A DNA stretch of 64,000 nucleotides from Lama guanicoe (Eukaryota), in contig MU053934.1 of NCBI GenBank assembly GCA_013239625.1, positions 10,889,003-10,953,002 on the forward strand, read 5' to 3'. Under the pieces are notes generated by a model, which did no database searches, was not told the DNA's origin, and saw only the letters and a program-made list of their open reading frames with translations. The position numbers were made by a program, and so were the translations under genes. Positions 1 to 12,949 of the stretch are shown in pieces; the first letter of the stretch is position 1, and every line of letters starts with the position of its first letter.

Positions 1-317
1 GGCAGAAGCAAAATACAGTCACTCCTCCCGGGCGACACCACTGTCCTTTCCTGTCTGGAACATTCACTTACACACAGTTCAAGTGCCTGTGTGGCCAAGA
101 TAATGCAGAGAAAGACGCCGGAAGACAGAGATCTGACCACGGTGTGGAGGTGCACACTGGTGCTGGGTGGCATCTCGTGGAGGCCAGAGGGGGCTGGTGG
201 CCCCACGCAGCACACAGCAGAGAGCCGGTCCTGCCGGCTGATTAGACCAAGTTGGAAGCCCCACCCCGACCACCGGGGCCCTGCCCTTCTCTGTTGGCCC
301 CTGTCGTTCACCAGTTC

Positions 318-832
318 CTTTTTATTTATTTATTTTTTATTTTTAAAAATTGAAGTATAGTCAATTACAGCGATATGGTAATTTCTGACGTACAGCATAT
401 TAATTCATTTATACATACATACTTCTTTTAATACTCTTTTTCATTATAAGTTACTACAAGGTACTGAATATAGTTCCCTGTGCTGTACAGTAGAAACTTG
501 TTGTTTATCTATTTTATATATAGTAGTTGGTATCTGCAAATCCCGAACTCCCAATTTATCCCTTCCTACCCCCTTTTCCCCCAGGAACCATAAGTTTGTT
601 TTCTATGTCTGCGAGTCTCTTTCTGTTTTGTAAATAAGTTTATGTCATTTTTTTTAGATTCCACATGTAAGTGATATCATATAGTGTTTGTCTTTCTCTG
701 TCTGACTTACTTCACTTAGAATGACAATCTCCAGGTCCATCCATGTTGCTGCAAATGACATTATTTCATTCTTTTTTATGACTGAGTAGTGTTCCATTGT
801 GTGTGTGTGTGTCTGTATAAATAACACAACTT
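318..832 (-). mobile_element. LINE-1 3' end (ORF2 tail + 3'UTR + poly-A), cetartiodactyl type
   Basis: T-rich tail at 318-345, then ttgaagtatagtcaattaca...gttccctgtgctgtacagtag...ccatccatgttgctgcaaatg, the reverse complement of the L1 3' end. Homologous to the copies at 1655 and 30612. Confidence 0.93.
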
Positions 833-837
833 AAAAA

Positions 838-903
838 ATCACTGTTAATTAAAGAAAAACTAGATATCTCAAGTTAACACACTTAGCACTTCTCTGTGTA
901 TAG
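838..903. mobile_element. Short ERV1 LTR fragment
   Basis: aattaaagaaaaactagatatctcaagttaa...ttagcacttctctgtgtat resembles a motif I recall from laurasiatherian ERV1 LTRs. Short match only. Confidence 0.5.
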
Positions 904-904
904 T

Positions 905-1240
905 GTGAGGTAATCAAATTAAAATGAGCTACAAGAGAGGACCCTGGCCCAATCACCGGGTCCTTAGATGAGAAAGCACTGTGAAGACAGACACACAGGG
1001 AGAGGCCGTGGGACATGGGATGACAGAGGCAGAGATTGGAGTGACACGATTACGAGCCAAGGGTGCCAAGGACACAGGCACCACCAGAGGCTGGAGAGAC
1101 GCCTGGGATGGGTCCTCACAGGGTTCCAGAAGGAGCCTGACTTCAGGCCCCAGGCCCCCAGACAGTGAGACTCCATTTCTGTTGCTCTAAGCTTCCAGGT
1201 CCGTGGGCCTTCGTTGTAGCTGCCGAGGAGAACCACACTG
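905..1240 (+). mobile_element. MaLR LTR (MLT1B/C-like), 5' part missing
   Basis: gaggtaatcaaattaaaatgag...gacagaggcagagattggagtga...agccaagg...cagtgagactccatttctgttgctctaagc, which are hallmark MLT1 motifs. Confidence 0.85.
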
Positions 1241-1654
1241 AGTAGGGCGGAAAGGCAGCCGCATACGACGCTTGACTGAATCCTCGATTTTTACAAGAAG
1301 GGCAGATGGCTGTCAGCGACGTTCTGACCAAGACTTGGGAACATTTGAACCAGGGCTGGTGGTCAGAAGGCTGCCCCCGTTTTCAGCTCCTGGGGCAGGA
1401 GGCTGCGCAGCTCTGCAGGGACACCCGGCTCCCGGCAGCCCCTGCCCCTTCTGGCAGCAAAGGGGTGTGACGTCTGCAACTTGATTTCAAATGTTTCAAC
1501 AAATGAAGGAGAGCGTGAAATAAAGAGAATGCCCTGGGACCTCAGCCCTAACAACAGGGGACGAGGCCCAGCAGGTATGGGCATTTATGCGATGGTCAGC
1601 TTTGCTTTGGATTTCAAAGTTTTGTAAAATGATTTGAGGATAAAAAGTTGAGTT

Positions 1655-2054
1655 AATGTCCATTGACAGATGACTGGATAAAGAAGTTGTGGTACATTTA
1701 TACAATGGAATACTACTCAGCCATAAAAAGAATAAAATCATGCCATTTGCAGCAACATGGATGGGCCTGGAGATCATCATTCTAAGTGAAGTAAGCCAGA
1801 CAGAGAAAGAAAAATACCATATGATATCACTTATATGTGAAATCTAAAAAAAAAAGACACAAACTTATTTACAAAACAAAAAGAGACTCACAGACATAGA
1901 AAACAAACTTATGGTCACCAAGGGGGTGGGGAGGTGAGGAGGGATAAACTGGGAGTTTGGGATTTGCAGACACTGACTACTGTACATGGAATAGGTAAAC
2001 AGTGAGGTCCTGCTGTGCAGTGCAGGGACTGTATTCAATACCTTGTAACGGCCT
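1655..2054 (+). mobile_element. LINE-1 3' fragment (ORF2 C-terminus + part of 3'UTR), no poly-A
   Basis: aatgtccattgacagatgactggataaagaag...gccatttgcagcaacatggatg...ctaagtgaagtaagccaga. Confidence 0.93.
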
Positions 2055-3639
2055 TTGGCATCTGGAGTGGGTGCGGGAGGTGCCCCACCTCCTCTGAACA
2101 GACAGTGGTGCTCCGCCAGCACCAGACTCGGGCAGGACTGCTTCTTACTCATCCAGCTGGACAGAAATGAGCGCAGGGCTGTGCTCTGCCCCACACGTCT
2201 GGGAGGGGGCAGACACACACACGCGCTCACACGCACACACAGAGCTACGCCCTGCTCACAGCCGCAGCCGTGATGTGCTCCGAGACCTGTCACACCTGCT
2301 GCGTGCGGAGCCTGGTGAGTACAGAGCCCGGTGAGTTCAGACCCCGCCGTGCAGGCAGACAGGCGGCAGGGTCCTCCCCCAGGAGCCAGCCGAGCCCGTC
2401 TCCCCACGGCCTCTTCCCTCTTCCCTTTCCACCTGAGGCCTTACGGCACAGTCGTCAAAGCGGAGCCTCGGCGCAGACACCAGCTGTTGCCCTTGGCTGT
2501 GAGCATCTGCATCCTGGCCCCTGGCCCTTTGCTGTCCCACCCGAGGTCCTCAGCAAGGAGGTTTTACAGGTTTGCTTAACCCCAGGTAAGCAAAAGCGGT
2601 GTTTCCTGGAGCTCCCTCTTGGAAAGGAGTTGGAGTCAGCAAGGCTGCTCCCACCTCAAGAAGCTTCTAGAACAGTCAGGGCCTACGAAGGGATGCGGGG
2701 GGCTTGGCCCATCAGCCTGAGCCCCACCCCTCATAGATGCCCGCACCGTGTTCGCTTGAGGGCATGTGTGTGAAGAGATTTAAATGCAGCCAGGAAAGAT
2801 GCAGAGGACATAGGATGAAGTCAGGGTGGACTGGCCAGTGCCCCGGTGGGTGGTCCCTGTGCGTCCCCTGCCATCGGCCCTCCGCCATCGCAGCCACTCT
2901 CTCTGTGGGAGTAAGAGGCTCCTTCCCGGCCTCCTGGGGCACGAGGGTGGAAGGACCTCGCTGCTGGACCCAGGAGCTCCCCCTCCCTCGCCAGGCCCCC
3001 CCACCCTTCCACACCCTGTGAGCAGAGGCAGGTGGACTGCCTGTCACCATCATTCATCTCCAGCCGGTGCACTCTGACTGACATCGTGTCTTCCTGACAG
3101 ATCTTTCATGAGATGCTCATTTAGTGAGGGTGTTGGAATCTGTGGCTAGTGGACTCAGAGTAGCGCGTTGGCCAAAGATGTGGCACCAACTTGTCCATCT
3201 CAGAGGCAGGAGGTACTCTGTCTTCCTCCATGAAGTTCAGAGGCGGCACCTTCCGGCCTCTGCGCACTCGGGGGCCAGCGCCGCCGTTCCTCGGGCCCCC
3301 GCGGGTTTGGCGGGCCTCTCTCGCCCCCACAAACCGGTAGGAAGCAGCTCCCCCTGCCTTCCGCAGACCAGGCAGAGCGGGCTCATGTCCAGTTTACACA
3401 GTGCCGTTTGGTGGGGAAGTGGCAGGTCCGCTCTGCTGATGGCCTTCCCGACGCCGCAGCCCTGTCCACTGCCCCAGGAAACTGCTGGCTCCTTGGCGTC
3501 CCCGGGGCAGCTGACAACCAGGCGCGAGAAGACCCCGCCTCTGCGCTGCGCTGACCGGGGGAAGCAGGGCTGCAGGAACACCCTCTCCTCCTTATTAAGG
3601 TCACGGAAGCCTTCTTCTCATTCAAGGCTCACAGGGGAT

Positions 3640-4220
3640 GAAAAATGCATTTAATTTCCCCGCGGTTGCGCACCTTCCACCTTGCCTGAGACGGCTGCTG
3701 GAAATTAACGTGCACCTAGGCGTCTGATAATTTATTGATAAGAGCCCCGGGCTCTGTCCCTTTGAACTTCACAGAGAAAATTAGCCACTGTCATGAGGAC
3801 AGCACCCTCCCAATTTTGGATCCAGCAAGGCAGCCAAACCCTATCCATCCCGCGACGGCATGCCTTTAATTAGCACCCGATCCGAGTCTGCGCAGCCCCG
3901 CGGTGCGTCACGGGCCGCGCTGGACCTGTGAGCCTCTTTTTAATTTCCAGCGATGAGCTGGGGTGATGAGGACGGCCGTTTTACGTGTTCACATTGATTG
4001 CTTTTTCATTTACTCCACTTCCTATTATGAAACGCACGTGGGAAGTTGTCCTCGGAGCTGCTTAATTGAGTTCAAGTTGTGTCACTGGACATCAAGTGAC
4101 ATTAAAAGCACGTTCTGCCTCAGCTAAGTTGTTATCTGGCCCTAAACCAAATGGATCTCAATTGTTCAGATGAGATGCAGCAGATAAACTCATGTGGCGA
4201 AAACGCGAACTAAACCGTCT
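3640..4220. promoter_or_regulatory. Candidate conserved non-coding element / enhancer
   Basis: Non-repetitive, AT-richer island in GC-rich flanks. Paired TGATAA at 3725 and 3736, CTTTGAA at 3760 and several TAAT/TTAATT cores. Conservation not tested. Confidence 0.5.
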
Positions 4221-7200
4221 TTGTCGCGTTGACCGTGTCCACACTGCAGCCGAGGGCGGGGATGCACCCGGATGAGACACTACATCTCTCCCACAGAAAA
4301 CATCTCAAGGCACGTTTTAAAATGTGAACGCTCCCAAGTATCAGACAAGCGTCTGCCACGGACCAGTCATCCCGTTTGGTGCCACGTGACATGAAACACC
4401 CCTGGTCACACAGCAGCCCTGAGCCCAGTGTCAGCGTCGCACGTGGAGGATGGAGGGACAGGCTCAGAGTGGCAGGAGGGCGGGTCCAGGGTGGCACAGC
4501 CGGCAGGAGGCAGGGCCGTGAACCCAGGTCTAACGCCAAAGCCCTTCCCACGTGCCAGCCAGATCCCCGCCCCCAGGTCTTGGCAGACCTCCCCGCCATC
4601 AGCAGTAGTCGACCAAGATACCAAAGTTCCACGTCACAGCTCTACTGACAGGCGTGTTGCTGTATCTGTTGCCCGCAAGTTCCGACTCTGCAGCCGAGTC
4701 AGAGTCAGCCTGGAGGCAGGATTCCAGGTCACTGCACTCGACTCAAATGAAGAGGATAAAAGCAGGCAGAGAAGCCAATCAGGCCACAGGGAAGGCCACG
4801 CAAGGGGTTCTTCCTCCAGGACAACCTTCAGGAGGCCTGGCCACGGTGGCCCCGCCAACGGCCGGAGACCCAGTGTCTGCACTTGGAAATCCCTTTGGCA
4901 GCCAGAGGGGTCCAGGCTCCGAGAAACAGCCTCCCAGTGGCCGTGGCGGGCACCTGCCTTGGCACAGCCCTCTGGCCTCAGCCACCACCTCCATCCCTGG
5001 GTCTGCTCCACCCGGGCCGTCTCCAGCCCCAGGCACGTGCCCTTCAGTCACTGCACAGGGGCGTCCTCATGCTCCCAGAGACCCGATCCTGGCTGAGCAC
5101 TGCCCGCAGGCGGGCTCAGACCTCGGAGGCGCCAGACATCATGCACAGGCTGATGCAAAGGACGGACGAGACGCTGGGAGTCACAGGGCAGGGTGCTAAC
5201 GCGTGAGGGGTGCGGCCTGGGGCGCTGGTGCTGCAGCCAATCAGACTCAGGATGGGGGAGAGGATCTCAGGTGGGTAGAGAGCACGTGCAAAGGGCCGGG
5301 GGCACTGAGCCGCCTGAGGTTTGTAGGCGTGGCTTTTCCAGGCGATTAAGGGAGACTCATCAGAAGACGTATTTATTCAGTTGGTTAGCAAACCCCCCGT
5401 CCTGGGAGGGGGACGTTCCCTGTCCCAAGAGCAGAGGTGACTGCAAGGCGAGGGGCTGACTGGACCCCAGGCGAGCCATGAGGCGCCTGAGCTCCCCACG
5501 CGGTTTATGACCTTTGACCCCAGAGCACTGCCCTGCCCTCCCTCCCCAACTCACGACAGCTGCTCCTGCCGCTCAGCCTGTGTTTTCCCACATAAGACTT
5601 TTGGCTAAACGTGGGCCATTGTTTTAAAAATACGAACCTCAACGCACGCCCGTGGGGGTGCATCACCTGCGGCACTCCATCCCCCGTCCTTAAGCGCGTC
5701 CGCGGAGGTCTCTGCTCGCCGCATCTGTTCCCGCGTGCTGGGCGGTGGCGCGGGCGGAGGCGTGCTTTGCGCAGATGTCCACGTGGGTGGGGGGGACTGT
5801 CCTGCAGTAACGGTGGAGGGGCTCTCCATTCACTCACCGAGCGGGTGTGGAGTGAAGGCAGCCAGGCACGGAGAGGCGTGGCGCAGACCCAGGCCAGGGG
5901 TCTCGGAGGGCTGGCGGAGGTGGGCTGGGTTTGGCTCGTGTAGGAGCAGCCGAGGAGCGCCACCTGTGCAGGGACTTGGAGGCCCAGAAACAGTAGCACC
6001 TCCGCGCCCACAGGGGCCGGGAGAGGCTTCCCAGAGCGGGTGGGGCTGAGCTGGGCTTTGGACGTGCACGCAGGGAGCTGAGGGCGAGGGGCGGGTGAAG
6101 GCTGGAGGCTTCGGTCTGAGAGCAGAGCGTACGTTTCCCGGAGAAGTGAGCATGGTTGGGGGGGGAGTTTGGGGAGGCAGGCAGAGGCAGGGGATGGGGC
6201 AACGTGGGGGCTGTGCACACTCAGAAGCCTGTTTAAACTGCTCACATTACGCGCAAATCCGCAAAGCAGGAGGACCCCGCACACCCAGCCCCTCCCAGCA
6301 TGTCTGCTTCAGGACGTGGGATCTGTTGCCAAGTGTCCAGCCTCCTGGACCTGGGTTTCCCCTGACAGGAGGTGTCTCATCACCACCGCCGTCGCAGGAG
6401 CTGTCCTCTGTCCCGGTTCTGGCCCAGTCGAGCCCTCCAGCAGCTGACACAGCTGAGGCAGCGGAAAGATGCGGCCCCAGCCTCAGGCTTGGCCATGGCT
6501 TCTGCACGGCTGTGTCCTGGGACCCCTGCTGGGTCAGAACCGGGGACCTGATTTCCGCCTGGTCCTGGCACCATGCCCTCCTGGGAGGGAGGCTGAGCGC
6601 ACTGGGCTGGTGGCTCTCCGAGGCGGGGGAGGGGGGGCCTGCGGGATCCCCGAGGCTTAGGACGCTCAGAACGCCTCAGCTGCTGCTTCCCTCCTCAGCC
6701 CCTAAATCATCTCCAGAGGCACATAATTAAACCACAGATCAGATAATCTAAGGGCTCTGGTTTGTTTTGTTCTGTTGTATCACATGTCACAAGTCCGGAG
6801 TGGTAAGCAGCTAAGCTCTCCCACTCAAACATCGCCTGGCATGACTCACAGTCCTCTCCCGACCAGCGGGGCACCGGCCGCAGGGGGCCAGCCGGAACAG
6901 ACCCACGCTCAGACTCCGGGGCCTGGGCTCCACCCCTGCGTCTTCTGTAAGAGGGGATGAAGCGGCCCGACTGCCCGGGGCTGCGAGGCGTGGACGCGGC
7001 AAACACGCAGTCATCCTTTTCAGCAGCGTGTGCTCAGTTTGTGTGCTTGTGCGTTTATGGAGACGAGATGGGGTCCCGCCAAGACCTGGGAGTCACGTGA
7101 CCTCCCTGGGTTCTGTCCTCCCACCTGCGATAATGGGCCCTTCCTCCCCACCGCCCCGTCCCTGGGGAGGTAACCGGGCGAGGCAGCGGCAGCAGCAAGC

Positions 7201-7860
7201 ACAGGTGCGCACACAGGGCGCCCCCACGGGCCGGTCTGTGGGCAGGGCTGGCGGGCGGAGAGGAGACGAGGCGAGGGGGAAGCCTGGCTCACAGCAGGAA
7301 GGTGCAAGCGAGCGGGTTCGCAGCGCCTGGCGCCGTCCTGGGCTCGCAGCCTGGGAGTCCCACGGTCGGAGCGACGCCAAGCACAGCCTGCAGGACCGGA
7401 GCCCCTCCTTCCTGCCTGGCCGGCGGCAGCCAGGCCCCACTGGGTCCTCTGTCTCAGGAGGTCTCTGGCCCATCGTGAGCCTGCCTTTGCCGCGTGAGGC
7501 CTGCCTCCCCAGCTGCCCCCAGGGCGCGAGCCGGAGCCTTCCTTTGTGGGGGGCCGGTGGTCCTGCCGCAGGGGTTTTGAGCCGTTTCCTCCTCATGCTT
7601 CCACTCTGGAACCTTTTTTTTTTTCAATCTGTCAGGGGCCTGTTTTTCTTAGATTATTTTAGTTTATTTAAAAAATGATTTATAAAAGTTATTTTATTCT
7701 AATGTGCCATCCCTTCATTCATTCATTTACAATTCTTTTTAAAACTTTTCATTTATTTACTTTTTTCTGTAGCAACAGTGCAGTTTCTGTGCTGGGAGCC
7801 AGAGAGACCCAGCCCCGAGGCGTGACGTCGTCTGGTGGGGGCAAAGCCAATTCAGCATGG

Positions 7861-7920
7861 AGTCACAGCGGGCCAGGCGACGGGCTGGGAAGTCACAGCG
7901 GGCCAGGTGATGGGCTGGGA
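7861..7920. repeat. 30-bp tandem duplication (2 copies)
   Basis: agtcacagcgggccaggcgacgggctggga / agtcacagcgggccaggtgatgggctggga; the two differences are C/T changes at CpGs. Confidence 0.95.
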
Positions 7921-7929
7921 TTTGTCCGC

Positions 7930-8270
7930 CTGTGAAAAGTGGTTTTAGGGCTGTCAGGAGCATCAGTAAGGGTCACACACATTGGTTTAAGGAATAAAGC
8001 CCCAGACACGTGTGGCAGAACGCAGTGGAGAATTCCTTCTCATGCGGAGGCCTTCCAGGGTGATTCAGGGACCAGGCTCCTGTGTCGGTGGCTGTGCAGT
8101 CCCCGAGGGCCTCGGGCACCTCTGCATTTAGTCATCGTAAAAGGAAACAGACACGTCCTCTCAGCCGGGAGTGTCAACACACTGGTGAGAATGGGTCGCG
8201 TGGCCTTAACCAGCTGCAAGGGGATTGGGAAGTGTGGTCTGGCCAGCTGTGTGCACCGGGGCAGGCGGGA
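7930..8270 (-). mobile_element. Old MaLR LTR (MLT1J/K-like)
   Basis: gattcagggaccaggctcc and gtcgcgtggccttaaccagctgcaaggggattgggaagtgtggtc match remembered MLT1J/K/L motifs. Confidence 0.6.
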
Positions 8271-8764
8271 CGGGGGGCCACGCCCAGGCACCCCCTTGCT
8301 CTGGGGCGAACTTTGTCTATTGGGCGATTTAAGGCAAGTGCTCACCCCTGTCCCTGGGGATTCCTTCTGCCAGGAGATGAACCCAAACGCAGCTCCTTCA
8401 GACCCAGCGTGGAGCACTTTGTTTGATAATATAGCAGCTGTATTCCACACAGGCACAGGGCATCTCTCCCTTCATGGGGCTGCATCTTCTCTGGTCGAGC
8501 CACCAAACTAGAAGATGCGGGGTCTGGGCTCAGAGGAAAGAAGGAATGGACAAGGAGGGCTTCTACCCCAAGGCTGAGCACTGTCCCCTGACACGTGCCA
8601 AGAAGCAGGACAGGGGCCAAGGAGACCAGGAGGCCAGCGGGGACACCTGTGAGGACTGAACTGTGAGAACCCAATGCAGGGTTTTCTCCCCTACATGGTG
8701 GTCCTTCCACGGTACCGTCAAGCTGGTGGACACTTCCTCTTAAATGTCACAGCAATCTGGACAT

Positions 8765-8860
8765 AGTGCTCCGTCTCCACTGCCACCAGCCTGGTCCAAG
8801 CCACCATCCTGCCTGGACTCCAGCAGCAGCTTCCCAATGGTCTCCCTGTGTTTGATTCAC
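8765..8860 (+). mobile_element. L2 fragment
   Basis: ctccactgccaccagcctggtccaagccaccatc...cctggact...ggtctccctg is a typical L2 ORF2 stretch. Confidence 0.75.
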
Positions 8861-8939
8861 TCCAAGGCAGACACCGCATAGCAAATGGAATCATAGCTTA
8901 AAATATAAAGTAGGCCTCAATATTCTCTTAGAAATATTT

Positions 8940-10620
8940 CCTGATCATTCATCGAGATGTTAATAATATTTAAAGGCTGGAATTGGTCCAAACGCACATG
9001 GATAGGGGCTGTGGGACCGGCTGTGGTGTCTGCACACAGCAGAGGGCAACATGGCAGCACAGGGTGTCAAGAAAGCATTCTCTTCACTAACAGGAGTCAT
9101 CGCCAAGATATATCACTGAATTAAAAAAAAAACAAAACAAGAATAACAATGCTCTAAAATGTTATTTTTTCTGCAGAAATGGAAAAGAGTGGAATAAAAC
9201 AATAAGTCAAAAATGAGTTAAAATGCAGAAGGGAGGGTAAGGAGGGCAAAGATAACGACCCTCTGAAAACACCTTTTTTACAGATTTGATTTTGAAACCA
9301 CATAAATCTTTAAATGCTTCTATTAAATCAAAAAGAAAATGAAACCATAAAAACTTGAAAACAGCCTGAAGTGAACTGTATTTCAAATTGGTGGCATGCA
9401 CACACAGATAAAGTAATTACTATGATTGGCTTTCAGTTTGGCATTTCGACTGTACCTCAGTAGAGGAATACATCCTGATAAAAAGAACGTGTCAGAAGCC
9501 TTGTTGGTAGGAGCAGCATCGTTACTTTGAAGGTGTCTCTTATGTGTTTTCATGACAGGAACACGCAGCAGTCACACTGCCGTCACTGGAGTCGTGACGC
9601 CCGGCAGAACAGAGAACAGGGGCAAGCGGAGCAAAGGAGGTTGAAGGAAAGTCCCGCAGCCGTAAGTCTGATCGGGAAGTAGTGTGAACTAATGACTGTG
9701 TCTCTTTGAAGATGACTCTTGAGCCCGTGTTTCTCAGCTCAGCCTAGTGCGGCTGCGCAGAAGCACTGGCAGCCCAGAGCAGTGCGCACCCTCAGACCTG
9801 CATTATGGTCTCTAAGCACGGCTTCCCGCTGGGCAGAATCAGGGCTCTTCTGATCAGTGGCTCAGCCCGGTCGGCAGGCAAGAACCTCGCCAGGTGAGCC
9901 TGGGGAGTATCGCTGTACCAGAGGCTGCAGAAGCCTCCGACAGGGGGTGTGGCTGTGTCAGAAGGACGGGCCTGAGGAGGTCATCTGAGCATCGAAAAGA
10001 GAATGGCGTCAACTGAAAGCATTCGTAATTTACAAGGACATTCAAAGGCAAAATAAAAGTCCCCGTTGTTGGCTGCTAAGGTAACCGCGCACTCTTCAAA
10101 GCCATCAGGGTGCAACCCCCCATGAACCTATAGTCGCGGTCACTGATGGATGCTGCGAACACAGCTGGGAGTTGGCGGGGGCGTGATGGTGGAGGGGTCA
10201 GGCTGACAGCACCTGACCTGTCCATAATCTTGACCCAGGTGAGTGACACGACCAGAGGGCACGGGGCTCCTGGGACGATGGAGCGAGTGCAGACGGCCAC
10301 CCGAATAAACTGGAATCTCGTCTCTGGGTCTAACTGCCACTTACTGGAAATTCAGGGACTATAGAAACCTTCTGAAGAACAGAGGAAAAGAAGCGATGGG
10401 GCCCCGAGAAGCTCCGCAGGCCCAGCGACCCGGTGCTTCCACAGCACGTTTGGACACACACCCCTCCACCTCCGCCCCAGAAAAGGAAGGAGGGGCTGCT
10501 AAAGACGAAGTGAGACTCAAGAGATGTGATGACTGAGTGCAGGCGTCAGCTGAGCTGGACTCCAGTGAAACACACAGAAAAAGACACTTTGCGACACAGA
10601 GGACATTTGGACATGGTCAA
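8940..10620 (+). mobile_element. Ancient L1MC-like 3' region, locally GC-enriched
   Basis: Colinear remembered L1MC 3'UTR motifs: gaactgtatttcaaattgg (9374), ttctcagctc...gaatcagggctc (9731-9847), tctaactgccacttactggaaattcaggg (10330), gagactcaagagatgt (10512). Confidence 0.72.
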
Positions 10621-10784
10621 GTGAACTCAATCAGTGGCCTGAGGCCACTCTTTCAGCAAACGGCAGAGTTGGGACTCAAATCTGGGACACCGAAGTCCTC
10701 CCGTTTACGCGGCACCATGACTCCCCTCTTGGGTAGAATATGGATTTAATAGGAAAAAGCCTGTTGAGGAAGCCGGCGTCTAAC

Positions 10785-10840
10785 AAGAGCTGACACAGAG
10801 CGACCCTCAGCACGGTTTGATGAGTGAACGAACGAATGGC
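10785..10840 (+). mobile_element. L2 3' terminus
   Basis: gctgacacagagcgaccctcagcacggtttgatgagtgaacgaacgaatg ends in a degenerate (TGAA)n tail. Confidence 0.6.
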
Positions 10841-12949
10841 CGAGCAAAGGGCCCTGAGCCTCGCGGACAGAGGGCTGCCGCGGTGTCCGCTCCCTGTAGC
10901 ACCGCGCCCCAGGGGCGTCTGAAGCTGAGGCCGATTCAAAGTGACCAGACTCTCCGACATCACTCTGGCTTCCTGAAGCCACGCGGAGCTGGCTCTCCTT
11001 CTGGAAGCAGAGCAATCACCCTAATGAGGATGGGAACCCAGACCTCATTTCCACGCTCAGCTAGGAAGCCGAGAGCCCCGTGACTGGGGGCGTCTCTGGT
11101 TTCCCGGGAAGCAGCTCATTTTGCTCCAAGCCCACACACACTCTCCCGAGCCGGGTGCCGGCTGTGGGACAGCAGGTACCTTGAGGAGAGAGAAAAAATG
11201 GGTTTGGGGAATGGAGCCTTTTCGCCGACCAAGCACAGCAGGAATCCTGTCACTGGAGGATGCTGGCGGGTGAGCGGGGAGGGGAGAGGCCCCGGGCGGG
11301 TGCACACGGCGTGGCTGCCGTGACTGAGGCGATGGCTCTCCCGCGACACAAGCTGAGAGCTCTGGGCTCAGCGATTCCACGAGTGGGTAGAGCCAGCAGG
11401 CCTTAGTCAAAACGGACCCCTGGGGCGAACGCCTCCTGCTCGACAGGAGGGAGCACGGGGCCGGCCTCTGCCCGGGGGCGTCCAAGGTGCGGTGCGGCTC
11501 CTCCTAAAGGTGGCGGGCTCTCTGAGCACCATGCAGGGCTCCCCTCCAGGGACAAGCAGCACCCAGGATGACCGGGGCAGGGGGCGGATGCAGCTGGAGA
11601 CCCGCCACGAGGGAGATGGTGCTGAGACCCCACTGTCTGGTGGGTCCCCAGGGTCCACTCCTGCAGGTCCCTTGGCTCAGTCCGCAGCCCGTCCCCCCCT
11701 GCACAGAGCATTGTCTGGGGGCCTGGCCTTGGGCGAGTGTGACTGGGGTTTGGTGTGGGACAAGGAGGTTCCTCAGAGGACAAGCTCAGGCCAAGACTGT
11801 CCCAAGGCTGGAACATGATGTCAGGCTTGCAGGCTGCCCCTCTCAGGCCGTCTGCGGCTCCAGGGTGGCCGTCAGCAGCCAGCCTGCACTTGGTGAGGGA
11901 CAGAGAACTGGAGAGAGCTCGTGGCTCCCACCAGCAGAAGGATGCGAGCTGCCTGCATCCCTGTGCCCCTGGCACCTGCGGAAGGTGGGGGTTCCACGTG
12001 GAGACTTCAGGCCAGAGGGCTGTGATCCCTGCCTACCTGCCCCTGCCCATCCTGGGGGAGCGACACCCCACCTGGGGCTGCACAGTGGGCTCCTGGTCCC
12101 ACCCTCCACGTCCACCAGAGACCCCTGCCCATGGTCAGCGGATGCCCTACTGCCTCTTCTCCATGGCGGCCGCCCGGGTGGGGCCTCTCCCGGCCGCCAG
12201 CTCCACTCCCGGTGTCCGCCTCTCGCTGCACCTGCCCACTCCTTGCTTTTTCAGGAGGAATCTGCTTTCATCTCTCAACTCTCCCTGTCTCCACAAGATT
12301 CCCCTTGAAGTTAGGGCTACAGGCCAGGCCGTCCCAGACCCTGGGGAATCGGGGCCTCCGAAGGTTCCCCACTGAATTTCCACTGCCCCTCAGTCCTCCC
12401 TGCCCTGGAATTATTTCCAAATAAGACCAAAAGGGCCTGTCGTTTCAATCCCATCACAGATGGTGACTTACGCTCAGCACTGTTCCAGGCGCTGGGGGAG
12501 TAAACGCGGACCCCCGTCTCCGGGGAAATGTGCAGGTGCGGGGTGCGTTCAAGTCCCGACTGGCTCTGGAAAGGGCTGGCTCCCACAGGTCCCTTGACAA
12601 GGAGAGTTCAGGGGGCATTTTCATCCTTTAAAACGAAGTGCCCGTGAGCGCCAGCTGCCTGGCGGTTGGAGCGGAGCCAAGTGCCCACCTCGCGGTCCCG
12701 GGTCCCCATCAAAATGCCCTGCGGATTGGCTGGAGGATGACGTGACCTCACCTTGGTTCAACCTCGAAATGACCCAATTCCTGCAGCTTCAAATAGCAAA
12801 ATACGATTTTCATCTCTCACAAGGGCAAAGCAACTGAACCACGGTTGACAGTAAAAGGGACGTGGCAAACCGGGCGCTCCTGTTTTTTGGTGGAAACACA
12901 CACTGCAGAGGGCTTTTGGGAGCGACGGGAGAGCAGGCATGCAGGCGTC

